Of a stretch of 64,000 nucleotides of DNA, positions 51,966 through 63,309 are shown piece by piece (the stretch's first letter is position 1; the number at the start of each line of letters is the position of its first letter). Under the pieces are notes generated by a model. That model saw only the letters and a list, made by a program, of their open reading frames with translations. It was not told the origin of the DNA and did not search any database. A program made the translations under genes and the position numbers. The stretch lies in the NCBI GenBank assembly GCA_028534125.1, contig CM052832.1:19036001-19100000 (forward strand), in the 5' to 3' direction. The DNA comes from Lama glama (taxonomy: Eukaryota).

Positions 51966-52011
51966 CTTCCGAATATGTTGATACTCTCCTTGGTCCCTTC
52001 TACCTTTGCAG

Positions 52012-52199
52012 TGCAAGCCAGCAGTCAGCCGAAGCAGGTCTTCCAGTTTAAGTCTTACAGTTGAAAGTGCTTTAGAAAGCTTTGATTTCCTGAACACCTC
52101 TGATTTTGACGAGGAGGAGGAGGAGGATTGTGATGAGGTTTGTAATGTTGGAGGAGGTCCTGACTCAGTATTTTCAGACACTGAGACTGAGAAAAATAG
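52012..52199 (+). CDS. RIPOR2: RIPOR2 coding exon ([10 protein letters not shown]...DTETEKN-S), 188 nt
   Basis: ctttgcag|TGC, AATAG|gtaagt. Confidence 0.96.
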
Positions 52200-53895
52200 G
52201 TAAGTCTGAAGTGAGCGTCCGTCTCTATTTCTGCTCTCATAGCTGGTACAACAGTTCTCTGCTGCTGCCAGACAGGACCTGATACACATCTCCAGGAAGA
52301 CAAAACCCCCGACCTGAGCTGGCTTCCAGTTCCTTTCTGTTGTCGAGTACAACTTTGAAATATTGTTCCTCCCTTTTGTGGTGTTTAAGGGAAAATAAGT
52401 TGCCTGCCTTCCTTCCTTGTAAATGAAGGGGAGATTTTTTTTGAGTGTGTATGTGTGTGTGTGTGTACATTTGTACATGTGTGTATACATACACCTTGTA
52501 GAGTTCAGTGTCTCCAACTTGTCCCCAAGATAATTCATTCCAGATTAGCTCGGCATACTGTGTTTCTGGGGAACTCTTACTGAGTGATTAGTTTGGACCT
52601 GGATCTCCTTGATTCAAATCTTATTTCTAATTTCATTTTGTCATGCTTTGCTTTTCCCACCCCTTATCTCTCCGTTCCCTTTAGCCATTGGGTCTTTGTA
52701 GTAGCTTAAGCTCAGCAGCGCCTATATGGAAGCCAATTTTAAGCCCCCAGGCACATGTTTCCCTTAGAATGTAGGAAAGGATGATTAATGGTTGTAAGTG
52801 CCACGGGATCTGCAGGCCACCAGGTGGAGGTGTGGCCTTCTCTAGGGTGGGATGGAGCAGGGCAGTGGGAGAGGAGGAGAAAGGTGAAATACTGTCCTCT
52901 TCTCCGTTGGGCTTTCTTGTACCAAATCACATGTTTAGAGCTAGAGCCTCGGGTCCATTCTGTAAACACCATGGGACAATACTCAGCTCCATCAATTGCT
53001 GCAAAAAAAAAAAAATACACACTTTCCCAAAGGAAAGGGTAGATTTCCACCCATCTTTATTTTAACATATACACAGATTTTCGAGCGACAACAAGCTATG
53101 GCAGTTCAACCTTCCCAAACCTCTCTGTGGGTGGTGGTAACATTTTGGAGTTTTGTTGTTCCTGGAGGGTTTCTTCTGCCAAGATGAAACCAGGAAAAAA
53201 AAAACGTGAGAAGTAGAATTTAGCCTTCAAGCAAACTGGGCGCGTAGCAAAGGAAATTGATTGAACGAGTGTAATGTTTAACTTATCCTTCTACATTCTA
53301 CACTGAGGTTTTTCTAACTTGACTGAATTTGTGAAATGCTTCTTAAACCGAACAGCTTACTGTATATTTGTTAGCTTAAGCTATGACATGATATGTCAAA
53401 GTCAGGCTAAACTTTCTTTCTTCTTGCTACAAGAAGCATTCTAAGAATGAAAACACCATAGACTTTGTATATTTTACAGAACATTTGATCTAATGTTACT
53501 TTATGTCATCAGAGGTATTAGGGAAAATTGTGGAAATTGTGTGTGTGTGTGTTTTACGTCTGTGTTGACTACCAAGATGCAAGCTGAATGTTTTCCCCTG
53601 GGAGGCAAATGTGAATCAGAGTAGAGCATTCAATGCCTCTGAACTCGGATGCGTGATCTTTTTAAATTATGGAGACCAGGGAACGTAAAACTAGAAGCCA
53701 AATAGCCCTGTCGCGACCTAGCTGTGTGAACTAGGGCTCTGGTTAACATCTCTGCTGGTCGTTTCTTTCGTGTCTGAAATAAGACCATTCCCTCCCCATC
53801 TCCCTCCTGCACAGATTGATTTTAAGAATAAAATTAGACGATAAATGCAACCGATTTATTTTTAAATGTACGTGCCTGTCAAGGTACAACTTTAG

Positions 53896-54059
53896 GCGGT
53901 GGGCACAGCTCAGTGATAGAGTGAGTGCTTAGCATGCATGAGGTCCTGGGTTCAATCCCCAGTACCTCCATTAAAATAAATAAATAAACCTAATTATTCC
54001 TCCCCTACAAATAATTTAAAATGGAAAAAATAATAAAATCGATTTCTCGAAAAAAGAAA
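53896..54059 (+). mobile_element. tRNA-Ala-derived SINE (vic-1-like)
   Basis: A/B boxes; imperfect TSD aaggtacaactttag (53881-53895) / aagatacagctttag (54060-54074). Confidence 0.9.
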
Positions 54060-54668
54060 AAGATACAGCTTTAGATAGTTCAACAGTGGGGTTTAAACAA
54101 AGCACGTGAGGCAGAACTAAGCAACCCCGCTAAAGATTCAAAAGCCCCTTTTAGCTTTTGTGGCAAGTAGGACATTCTGTCTCTTCCTCGCAGCTTTCCT
54201 TTCTCCTTTTCTTCAAGTAGTCATTGATCCAAGGCCAGGAAAAAGCCTTGACTGATCATTTCTTAATGGTATTACTCTTGGGAAACCACAAATACAGAGG
54301 ACAGTTTAATCCCGGAAAATTTGGCAAATCACCCCGTCAACAGAGCAGGAAAGGGCAACAAAATGAGGGCACATTTCAAAAGACTTCTTGGTGAGACGAC
54401 TGACTTTGCAGATGGCTCATTGTGTGCTAGAGAAGCAGAGAACTCTGGAAGCAATCTGTCTGCAGGGTCGTATTAATATTAGGCAAATTGGTGACGGGGC
54501 GATATTAGGAAGTAGTTTTTTAAAGGGATCTCAATTTTTCAAGGCAGGCAAGCACAAGACTTTTTAGTGGATGCTGTTGGGGGCCTTATGTGAGCCATGT
54601 TGAGTTGACCTGTGGTTTCCACGCAGAAAGAAACAGCTAACGTTCCGCTCGCCTTCCTGCTTCGACAG

Positions 54669-54837
54669 TTACAGATCAGTACACCCGGAAGCCCGCGGGC
54701 ATCTCAGTGAGGCGCTGACTGAGGACACGGGAGTGGGGACCAGCGTGGCAGGAAGCCCTCTCCCGCTGACCTCAGGGAACGAGAGCCTGGACCTCACCAT
54801 CGTCAGGCACCTCCAGTACTGCACCCAACTCGTCCAG
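54669..54837 (+). CDS. RIPOR2: RIPOR2 coding exon ([10 protein letters not shown]...QYCTQLVQ), 169 nt
   Basis: ttcgacag|T TAC, CAG|gtaggg. Confidence 0.96.
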
Positions 54838-55065
54838 GTAGGGCTGGGGGCTGCATTTGGTTTTTAGAGCTCGAGTTGTCGATGCATCAAGAATGTGTGC
54901 TTCCTTTTTTGAGTTTTCCCAGGAAAATAGAACTCAGGACTAAGAAAACCATCCAGCTTTGATTTGACTCAACTCAAAAATTCTGCAAGGCATGGTCCTC
55001 CTCCCTCAAGGCTGGATTTTCTGTCTTAAAACTTAGATCTCTAGACCTTAAAAGGTAGTGGGTGG

Positions 55066-55705
55066 TGTTGCCGGCGATTAGGTTCTTGTCTCATCGAAGA
55101 AGGAATTCAGAGACAAGACGCAGAGATTAAAAAAGTGAGAATTTATTAAGGAATAGATAGTACACTCTCAAGTGGAGAGCGGGCAGGCTCAGGTGAGCAG
55201 CTGCGCTGAGTTTCTTTGACAAGTTCGTTACATAGGGTGCAGAAATGAATGATGGAATATTCATTGGGGAGGGAAGGGCTTGGGGGTCATATTCCCTGAT
55301 TTTCACCCCAGCTCCACCCTCCCGAAGGGAGGAGGGATTTTTGTCCTTATTTAGCCTGGATCGGAAGTGTCATGCGACTGTGTACGATGGATATTTCTAA
55401 TCTGCAAGGCTAGTATTATTATAATGAAAGCATAGTGCGCAAAAGGTTACATTTGGACACTGGAGATTCCTGCACTTTCCCACTTTTCTTTGTGGGCCTC
55501 CGGGACCTTTGACACCCCAAAATGTGTGATTTCTTATCAGTCCAGAGGTTTCTGCTTTTCTCTGTCTACCCAAGGACCCCTGTTGTTCACTTGGTGTATG
55601 GTTTCCTGCATTTGGCCCGTGTCCCTCCTTCTTTTGCCCAATTTTCGCCGTTTGGCCTGTGTCCCCTTTTCTCTGCTCATATCTGGCTACCTGCCTCCTC
55701 TAACC
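55066..55705 (-). mobile_element. ERV1-type solo LTR (~640 bp), antisense within a RIPOR2 intron
   Basis: Starts tgttgccggcg...ggaattcagagacaagacgc, tttatt near 55143, ends ctacctgcctcctctaac; retains many CpGs. Confidence 0.8.
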
Positions 55706-55707
55706 TT

Positions 55708-55811
55708 GGGGTGGGCATAGCTCAGTGGTAGAACATGTGCTTAGCATGCACAAGGTTCTGGGTTCAAGCCCTAGTACCTCCATTAAATAATTGATTTTAA
55801 AAAAAGAAAAG
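55708..55811 (+). mobile_element. tRNA-Ala-derived SINE (vic-1-like)
   Basis: gggcatagctcagtggtagaacatgtgcttagcatgcacaaggttctgggttcaagccc. Confidence 0.88.
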
Positions 55812-56136
55812 AAGTGGATATAAAGATGTAGAATAAAGGAGTAAGGGCTAGGAACTTGATTTCTAAGTCCTCTCACACCCACTCCTCAGTCAGTGAGTTT
55901 ATTTTTTCATTTGGTGTATGGCTGCAAAGAGATAAAAATGGACATTCCATAAGAATCATAACAGCTATAATTTAATTACATTTAAAATAAAGCAGATCTT
56001 TTCTTCTGTATTTACTTACATGAAAGGCGTGTGAGTAAAAGCACATAATTGCTGCACTAGACTTTTGAATCTGAAAAATTCTATTTGCTTTTTAGAGTCC
56101 AAAGGCTTTAGACTACATACATGACCAGCTTAGTGA

Positions 56137-56229
56137 ATTTTTTTTTTCCCTGTGTAGGTACTGGGGATTGAACCCAGGACCTTGTGCATGCTAAGCACAT
56201 ACTCTACCACTGAGCTACACTCCTTGCCC
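56137..56229 (-). mobile_element. tRNA-Ala-derived SINE (vic-1-like), reverse orientation
   Basis: ggtactggggattgaacccaggaccttgtgcatgctaagcacatactctaccactgagctac. Confidence 0.88.
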
Positions 56230-56409
56230 ACCCAGGAAGGTAGTACAGGTCTGTGTCCTGCAGCCATGCCTACCAAGTAACTGAGACAGATCTCTGAGAG
56301 ACTTAGAAAAGACTAGAATTTTCAGGCAGCAACTGACTTCTATTCTTTCCTCTCTCAGGCCCTCCCTCATTTCTGTGCCTTGCACACAAGTGAAATCATT
56401 TGCTATTTA

Positions 56410-56580
56410 TGTGCCCTTGGGCAGGTTGCTTAACCTCACTGTGCCTTAGTTTCTTTATTGGTAAAATGGAAAAATCAAAAGTACCCACCTCACTGGGTTG
56501 TTGTACAAAATAACATGAGCTAATACATGTTTGTGGCTCAGACCAGGGCCTGGTACGTAACAAGCACTGCTTAACTATAA
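56410..56580 (+). mobile_element. MIR
   Basis: ccttgggcaggttgcttaacctcactgtgccttagtttctttattggtaaaatgg. Confidence 0.8.
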
Positions 56581-57050
56581 TGAGATGGCTTGGATTATAA
56601 CTATGATTGTTCTACAACATGCTTTTAATTGTCAGCTTGAAAAGAAGGAAATAAATCCATGCTATGAAAAATTGCTACACTTATAAAATAAATCTTTTTT
56701 TCTGCTTACACACCAATGGGCAGCCTAAGTATGCCGTGGTTAAGTTTCAAGGAGGATTTATAGATTTACAGTACATACAAGAAAAGCAACTTTATAATAC
56801 CCTTACAGCTCTTCTACTGGGAAAATTCCAGAATTTACACGAGCATGAAAAGTTTAGAGCAACAAAAACGTGTCTGATCGCATCCAATGTTGAAAGCGGC
56901 CTGGAATGAGGAACATTAACAAACTGGAACAGAAAAACCCTGTCTGAGTTTATTTAACATCCCCGCTTTCATTCAGAAGGATGAGGTTGGGTCGGAAAGG
57001 CTCTGTTGACAACAAGATCATTGACACCGTGGTTTTGTTTGTTTTGTCAG

Positions 57051-57186
57051 CAAATTGTTCTCTCAAGCAAAACCCCATTTGTGGCAAGAAACCTCTTAGA
57101 GAAGCTTTCGAGGCAAATCCAAGTGATGGAGAAACTGTCTGCTGTCAGTGATGAGAACATAGGAAACATCAGTTCTGTCATTGAAG
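57051..57186 (+). CDS. RIPOR2: RIPOR2 coding exon (QIVLSSKTPF...ISSVIE-A), 136 nt
   Basis: ttttgtcag|CAA, GAAG|gtgagc. Confidence 0.96.
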
Positions 57187-58358
57187 GTGAGCACCTGCAG
57201 GTTCACAGCCGTTCTTGTGGACGGCGACATCACCAACTCACTCCTCGGCCTGCATTTCCTCATTGCTTTGTCGGGAGAGCAGAAACGCGTTCTTCGGCTG
57301 TAGCTAGAGGAGTGTCTCCACGCTAGCGTGGTCTCCTTAACGCCCCACTCCAGCCTTTGGAGTCAAACCTGCAGACACCAACTTATTTCCTAGAGGGGCC
57401 TCCACCTCCAGTGTATACACAGAACCAGCATCCACCTCCCAGGCAGAGTTACACAGATTTTTTTGTGCTGGTTTGGTTCCATTTAGGGGACAGGTGAGCA
57501 GAATTGTCCTTGCCCCATGTTGCTGGCTGAGACAACTCCCATAGCGATGTCAAATGCTCCCAAACCCTCCTGGGAAAAGGTAGAAATGCAAGGAGTCAAA
57601 GGCCCCAAGAGTCTCTGGATCAGTTTTAGGTGGAGAACTTGACACAGGAAAGATGCTTTTGAATTTGTGTGGTCTGGCTACAGGGCTCTTTCCTAAAGAT
57701 AAGAATTTTTGTCTTTTTACATCAGAGAGTCAGTAGAAATAGTGGAAAACTAGGACCCCTTGGGTTATCTCCCATTATGGTTAACGCTCCTATTAGGTTC
57801 TTTGTAAGCATTTCTGCCTCCTGCTTCTGGTCCTCCCAGGAGCAGGTGACCTTGGCAGGTGTCTGAGAGGCAGGAAAAGGGGCAGGACGTTCCGGCTCCT
57901 GCGCTTGTCCCCAGCACCCCTGCCCCTCTATGCGCACAACCACAAGAGTGAGATGCTGACCTTGTCATTTCTGTCTGAGAGCCACCCAGGCGGGGTGAAA
58001 AGCTCCCTCGTCACCCACCGCTCTGCTCCGTCCCCTTCAGAAAAATCTCCTGAGGTTTGAGTCTCCAATCCTGGTTTTTTTTGCTGTTAGATTCTAGGAA
58101 ATGAGATGATTAGACCTTCTCCCCAGGGCAGACCTGCAGGTTTCTATCACTGAAAGCAAACTGCTGAGCTGTTGCTGCATTTTCTTTACTGCTCAGGCTG
58201 GATGAGTTCCTCATCTCACCTTCTTTGCCCTTGGGACCACCACCTGCCAGCTATAGGATCAGAGTCCTGTAGTTCTGATTAAAAACCACAATCTTTAAAA
58301 AAAAAAAAAAAAGCCCCTGCCGATGTCTGCCCCACCCCCACCTGCTGTTCTTTTCCAG

Positions 58359-58520
58359 CCATTCCAGAATTTCACAAAAAGCTGTCTCTGCTGTCATTCT
58401 GGACCAAGTGCTGCAGCCCCATTGGGGTCTACCACAGCTCAGCGGACAGAGTGATTAAGCAGCTTGAAGCCAACTTTGCCAGAACCGTCAACAGGGACTA
58501 TCCAGGACTGGCCGACCCAG
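58359..58520 (+). CDS. RIPOR2: RIPOR2 coding exon (IPEFHKKLSL...YPGLADP-V), 162 nt
   Basis: ttttccag|CC, CCAG|gtacag. Confidence 0.96.
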
Positions 58521-58769
58521 GTACAGGGCGGCAGCAGCGGGGAAAGCTTGCTGTTGTCGCGTTTGCGGGTGAGCACGGGTGGGGTCCCCGCCGCCCTGGC
58601 TCCGGAGCCAGCCCTGAACCAGAGGCTTGCCCTCCAGAGACAACATCATCTGCTCAGCAAAATCTAAGCAAAGAAAGACACTCCACGTGTTTTTATCCAG
58701 AACATCAGCAGTGGCTTTAAAAGCACTATGTGTCTGTATTGCTGTTTGAGGATGGATACTTTTTTCATT

Positions 58770-59400
58770 CAAATGTCACCCATATGGGAGTGTCAAAGGG
58801 TACAACCACTTTGAAAAAACTGGTTAGCAGTTTCTGTGAAAACTAAATATGTAGATTCCTCCCCTCTGATCCAGCAATTCCACTCCTAAATATACCAAGA
58901 GACATGCGTGCTTAGGCTCATTTAAAAAAAAGGACATGTATGAGAAGGTTCACAGCAGCTTTATTCACAGGAGCCAAACATTGGAAACAACTCCAACGCC
59001 CACCAGCAAGAGAATGGATAAGCTGTAATACAGTCATACAATAGGGTCTTACACGGCAGTTTTTAAAGAGAATAAATTACTGCTGCAAGCAATGATTTGG
59101 TTGAGTCTCACAGATATTTTGGTGAGTAAGAGGAGCTAGATAGAAAAAGCACATAGTATATAATTCCATTTATATCAAGTTCAAGAACAAAGAACAGACA
59201 AAGCTAATTTATCAATGGAAGTTCGATTATTAGTTACCTGTGGTGGGAGCAGGTGAGTGGCTACAGACTGGGAAAGGGCACAAGAAAACCTATGGGGTCC
59301 CAGCAGTGCTCTGTATCTTGATCCAAATGACAGTGACACAGGTGTATAAATATGCAAAAGTCACCTGGCCATACACAGAAGATTGGCCCATGTTATAGAC
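58770..59400 (+). mobile_element. Old L1M 3' fragment
   Basis: tgatccagcaattccactcct...gttcacagcagctttattcac...ttccatttatatcaagttcaagaac. Confidence 0.8.
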
Positions 59401-59493
59401 TTCTCTCCATCAGATAGACAGATGAATGAGTGAATGAATGAATGAATGATCATGTTTCTTAAAAGCTGCTTCATATCTTCCCCTTCTAAATAG

Positions 59494-59652
59494 TGTTTCG
59501 AACCCTGGTGTCTCAAATCCTGGACCGGGCCGAGCCCCTGCTTACCTCCAGCCTCTCCTCTGAAGTCATCACTGTTTTCCAGTATTATGGTTACTTCACC
59601 AGCCATGGTGTGAGTGACCTCGAGAGTTACTTGAACCAGCTGGCCAAGCAAG
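59494..59652 (+). CDS. RIPOR2: RIPOR2 coding exon (FRTLVSQILD...NQLAKQ-V), 159 nt
   Basis: ttctaaatag|TG, CAAG|gtggga. Confidence 0.95.
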
Positions 59653-60509
59653 GTGGGACGCATTCCTTGGTCACCCTTTGTGGGGGCTCAGTGTGGAGTG
59701 ATGATCTCTGGTCTTTTTGGTCATGGTTTTTAGTGATGGTAACTTTTTTTTTTACCCAAATCAACAGCTGGGCTAAGATTTGCCTTTGAAATAATTTCTG
59801 GACTTTTAACATTAGTAAGCCCCTTGGCAGTGAACCAAGGATTTGCTAAGTGCATCTCAGTCATCCAGCAGGGTTGTACCATTAACAGGAAGCTGGTAAA
59901 TGATTTAGGACTCCAGTATAGTTTCTCTCCTTCATTAATGTGTTTGTCATTTGTAAGTTAGGGATTAGAGTACATGGAACATGGTCAATCTGTCCAAATG
60001 GGACTCTAAATCCTCTTTTTTATCATATTGTCTTCATACTCTGACCAACTGCACTTTCCATCGGGGTCCAGTTGCCTGAGTGCAGACAGACGGCCAAGTT
60101 GGAGGTCACTCAGGGTCAGGGTCAGGGTCAGGGTTTTGCCAGGCAGGTGAAGACAGAGGGGCAGTGGAGTCTGCTTCTACCAGCACCACTGGAGAAAGTG
60201 CTTACTGGTGTTTTCTACACTATTATTTTTCCATTTGACTATTTAATTCATCTGTAAGTTATTTTAGGAGCCATTCTGAGCTAGAGATCCACCTTCACTT
60301 TTTTCTCATTGTATTCATCCTTTGCATTCATATAGTTATTTGGATAATCTGTCCTTTTCTCATTAATTGGAAACATTGCCTTTCTCATGTGCTAATTTTT
60401 CATATATCCTTGGGTCTGTTATCATGTGTATCCTTGAGTCTGACATATTTTTAATGAAAATGTTACTTAACTGTCAGAAGGTGAACTCTGTTGTCTCCTC
60501 ACTCTCCAG

Positions 60510-60712
60510 TTTCCATGCTTCAGACTCTGCAGTCACTAAGAGATGAAAAACTGCTCCAGGCCATGAGCGACCTCACGCCCAGCAGCCTCCCGGCCCAGCA
60601 GGAGATCCTCAGGACTCTGGCTCTGCTCTTAACTGGCGATGACAGTGAAGTTAGTGAGGCTGTGATGCTTTACTTGGCAGCAGCCTCCAGAAACGAGCAT
60701 TTCAGGGAAAAG
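60510..60712 (+). CDS. RIPOR2: RIPOR2 coding exon (SMLQTLQSLR...NEHFREK), 203 nt
   Basis: ctctccag|TT, AAG|gtaagg. Confidence 0.96.
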
Positions 60713-61321
60713 GTAAGGCATGAAATGATGGAACACACACTTGAAGGAGGGACCCCCCGCCAATCCTTAGGTCCCTGGAAGCAGAAATGCCATGATAGTG
60801 ATCCAGGCACAAAATCAAGACCTTGACAAGACAGGGACCCTGGAAAAGAGAGGAATCTAAGAAACACAAACTATTTATGAAGTAATTAGATTGATAAAAA
60901 TAAGAGAGTTTATTTTTATGTAGAGATTTTTGCACAGAGTGAAACTCAGCACCACCTTCTTCCTGGAACTTCCTGCCTCCTTCTTTCTTCTGTTCTGCCG
61001 GAGGCCCTTTTCTCCCCCAGTGTCCCAGATGAACTCTAACCCATCCTTTCCCATCCAGTTCAAACATCATTTTCATGAAACCTGCCCTAGCCCTCCAGAA
61101 GGTGACTTTTTTTTAACCCTGTGACTTAGCACCTTGGAGATTTCTTATGTAAAGAATGCCTTTCTTCTGTGTGGTTCCTTCTAAACAGAATTTCTAGGTG
61201 ACCCGAGGGCCATCTTGAAAGCTGGAATCATTACATTGTATCTTCCAACTTTATATTCCCCAGAGTCCATGACCTGATGGACTAGAAGGCATCAATGAAT
61301 TGAATAAAGAAACAGCTCTTT

Positions 61322-61372
61322 GACACAACATTGTAAAATGACTATAATTCAATAAAAAAAAAGTTAAAAAAA
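61322..61372 (+). mobile_element. Very short (~50 bp) L1 3' tail with 16-bp TSD
   Basis: gacacaacattgtaaaatgactataattcaataaa plus A-tail; TSD aaagaaacagctcttt (61306-61321) / aaaggaacagctcttt (61373-61388). Confidence 0.85.
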
Positions 61373-61550
61373 AAAGGAACAGCTCTTTTAATCAACATGA
61401 ATTTTAATAGATTTTTTTTTTTTTTGCTCTGAAGGTTGTGCAAAATGTCTCATTTTATCTGTAGTTTATCTCAGGGAGTAAAAATGATATCTACATCTGA
61501 AGCTCCAAACAAATCAAAATGCCTTTGCCGTGTCCTTCCCTCTCTTTCAG

Positions 61551-61634
61551 GCCTTGCTCTATTACTGTGAAGCACTGACAAAGACTAACCTCCAGCTCCA
61601 GAAGGCAGCTTGCTTGGCCCTGAAAAGCCTGAAG
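61551..61634 (+). CDS. RIPOR2: RIPOR2 coding exon (ALLYYCEALTKTNLQLQKAACLALKSLK), 84 nt
   Basis: ctctttcag|GCC, AAG|gtaagg. Confidence 0.96.
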
Positions 61635-62570
61635 GTAAGGCCCAGCCTCAGAGCCTCTGGCAGGTCAGCTTTGATCTGACTTGGGCTTTGAGGCCAAGCC
61701 AGGTACCTAGAACAGCTTTCTTTCCGTATTCAAAAGTACTTGCTCTAGCAGCATTTCTCCTCTCCTTGACACTGTATATTAGTTTGGGAGTCCTTTTTGT
61801 CTTTAAATAGTCACCAAATGTGGCTTTGTTTTGTTAAAGACAATACACAGTGCAGAAAACAATTCAGTTTTTCAATAGCCCTCAGAAATCAGTTTGCCTC
61901 TGAGTCACTACTGAGGAATTGTCTCTTATCCCAAGAGAGAAATGACACAATGATTTCACTCATTTTTCTTGTGTACCAAAAAATAGCAGGGCCAAAACAA
62001 ATTGGCCAGGAGGTACCAAAATCCAGAACGCCAATAAATTCCTAGATCCTTCCCCATGAACTCTTTTTTCCTAAGTTCCTAAGCAGCTCATCAATCTTAA
62101 CCGTGTCACAGGGAGGTGTAAATGAAAAAAAAAAAAAAAAACGGGGGCTGAGAATTACCAAAATTAAAGTTGTTTGCCTTTCTATAGTCAAGATTTAACA
62201 TGTGACCGACCTTAAGCAGTAAATATAAGACTAATGATTCTTGAGAAAAGAATGAAAGGCCACACCTTAAGATTTGCTAAAATCTTGGATGGGTGCAGGG
62301 GACAAGAGGGCAGGGACCGGGAGGCCTGATGGGACATGAAGAAAGGGATTAATACCTCAAATGAAAAAGTTAATGACCTATGAAGAAAAATAGCTCTGGG
62401 AAAATTTGCCTTCCCTGTGACTTAGTCAAAAAATTACCTTTAGGTGACCAAAAAGACCCCACGGTGGTTTCTGTGTATTTGGGTGCTCTCCTGATGGACA
62501 CTGACAGATCAGTGATGATGGCTGTGACTTAGAGTTAATGTAAATTAAGACATAAGGATACAGTGGTCCA

Positions 62571-62713
62571 GGAGGGAGGGTATAGCTCAGTGGTAGAGTG
62601 TGTGCTTAGCATGTACAAGGTCCTGGGTTCAATCCCCAGGACCGCCATTAAATACATAAATAAATAATCCTAATTACCTCCCCACCCCCACCAAAAAATT
62701 TTTTTAAAAAATA
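62571..62713 (+). mobile_element. tRNA-Ala-derived SINE (vic-1-like)
   Basis: A/B boxes; imperfect TSD atacagtggtcca / atacagtagtcta. Confidence 0.9.
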
Positions 62714-63309
62714 ATACAGTAGTCTACTTCAGTTTTTGTGGATTTGCATGCTGTGAAGGTTATAGTAAAGGCTAGTTTTAAACTCCAGCATATCCCAAGT
62801 CTGGGAGCACCAGTTACTCCCTTTTACCCTTTTCTCCTGGGGGATAGGCAGGATCCTTGGTGCTAAACCATTCCCAGCCCCCCAGCTCCTAAAAGGGGCT
62901 CTGTGCCAGGCAAAAATGTGCAGACTTATGATTTCACCCACCCAAACCAATCAACTCTAGGGAAAATATTTGTTTCAAATTAATGTTAGCAAGCAGACAT
63001 CCCACATTTATCTTTTCTATTATCAAACTGAAAGCAAGCCAGAGAGGTCAAGGTCCTCATATCCAGTGGCTTTCTCAATTTTAGGTCCCCCATCTATCTC
63101 ATTGGGCTGAAATAACCCAGAGTCTATCCACGCTACTCACTGCTGTTTGCCATCTTCTGGTACCCAGCAGTGCCACCGCCACTTCGGAAGCCTAATTTTC
63201 TCCCAGGAAAGAAAACCATTATTTGTTACCCACTATCGACTCTTCACAAGCTCAGGAAGAACATCTGATTTGGTGGCAGGCTCCCTTCCTTCTACCTGCC
63301 CTTCCTGTT

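Larger units (their letters stand above)
33815..61634 (+). other. RIPOR2: RIPOR2 (FAM65B) gene body, partial: 15 coding exons, 5' and 3' ends missing
   Basis: Spliced exons give an uninterrupted 863-codon frame from [17 protein letters not shown] to LQKAACLALKSLK, matching RIPOR2 as I recall it. All introns are GT-AG and all phases agree. Confidence 0.97.

Noticed and set aside
51831..52538. 235-aa minus-strand ORF
   Set aside because: Spans the antisense of an exon, a (CA)n microsatellite and repeat sequence; peptide is not recognisable
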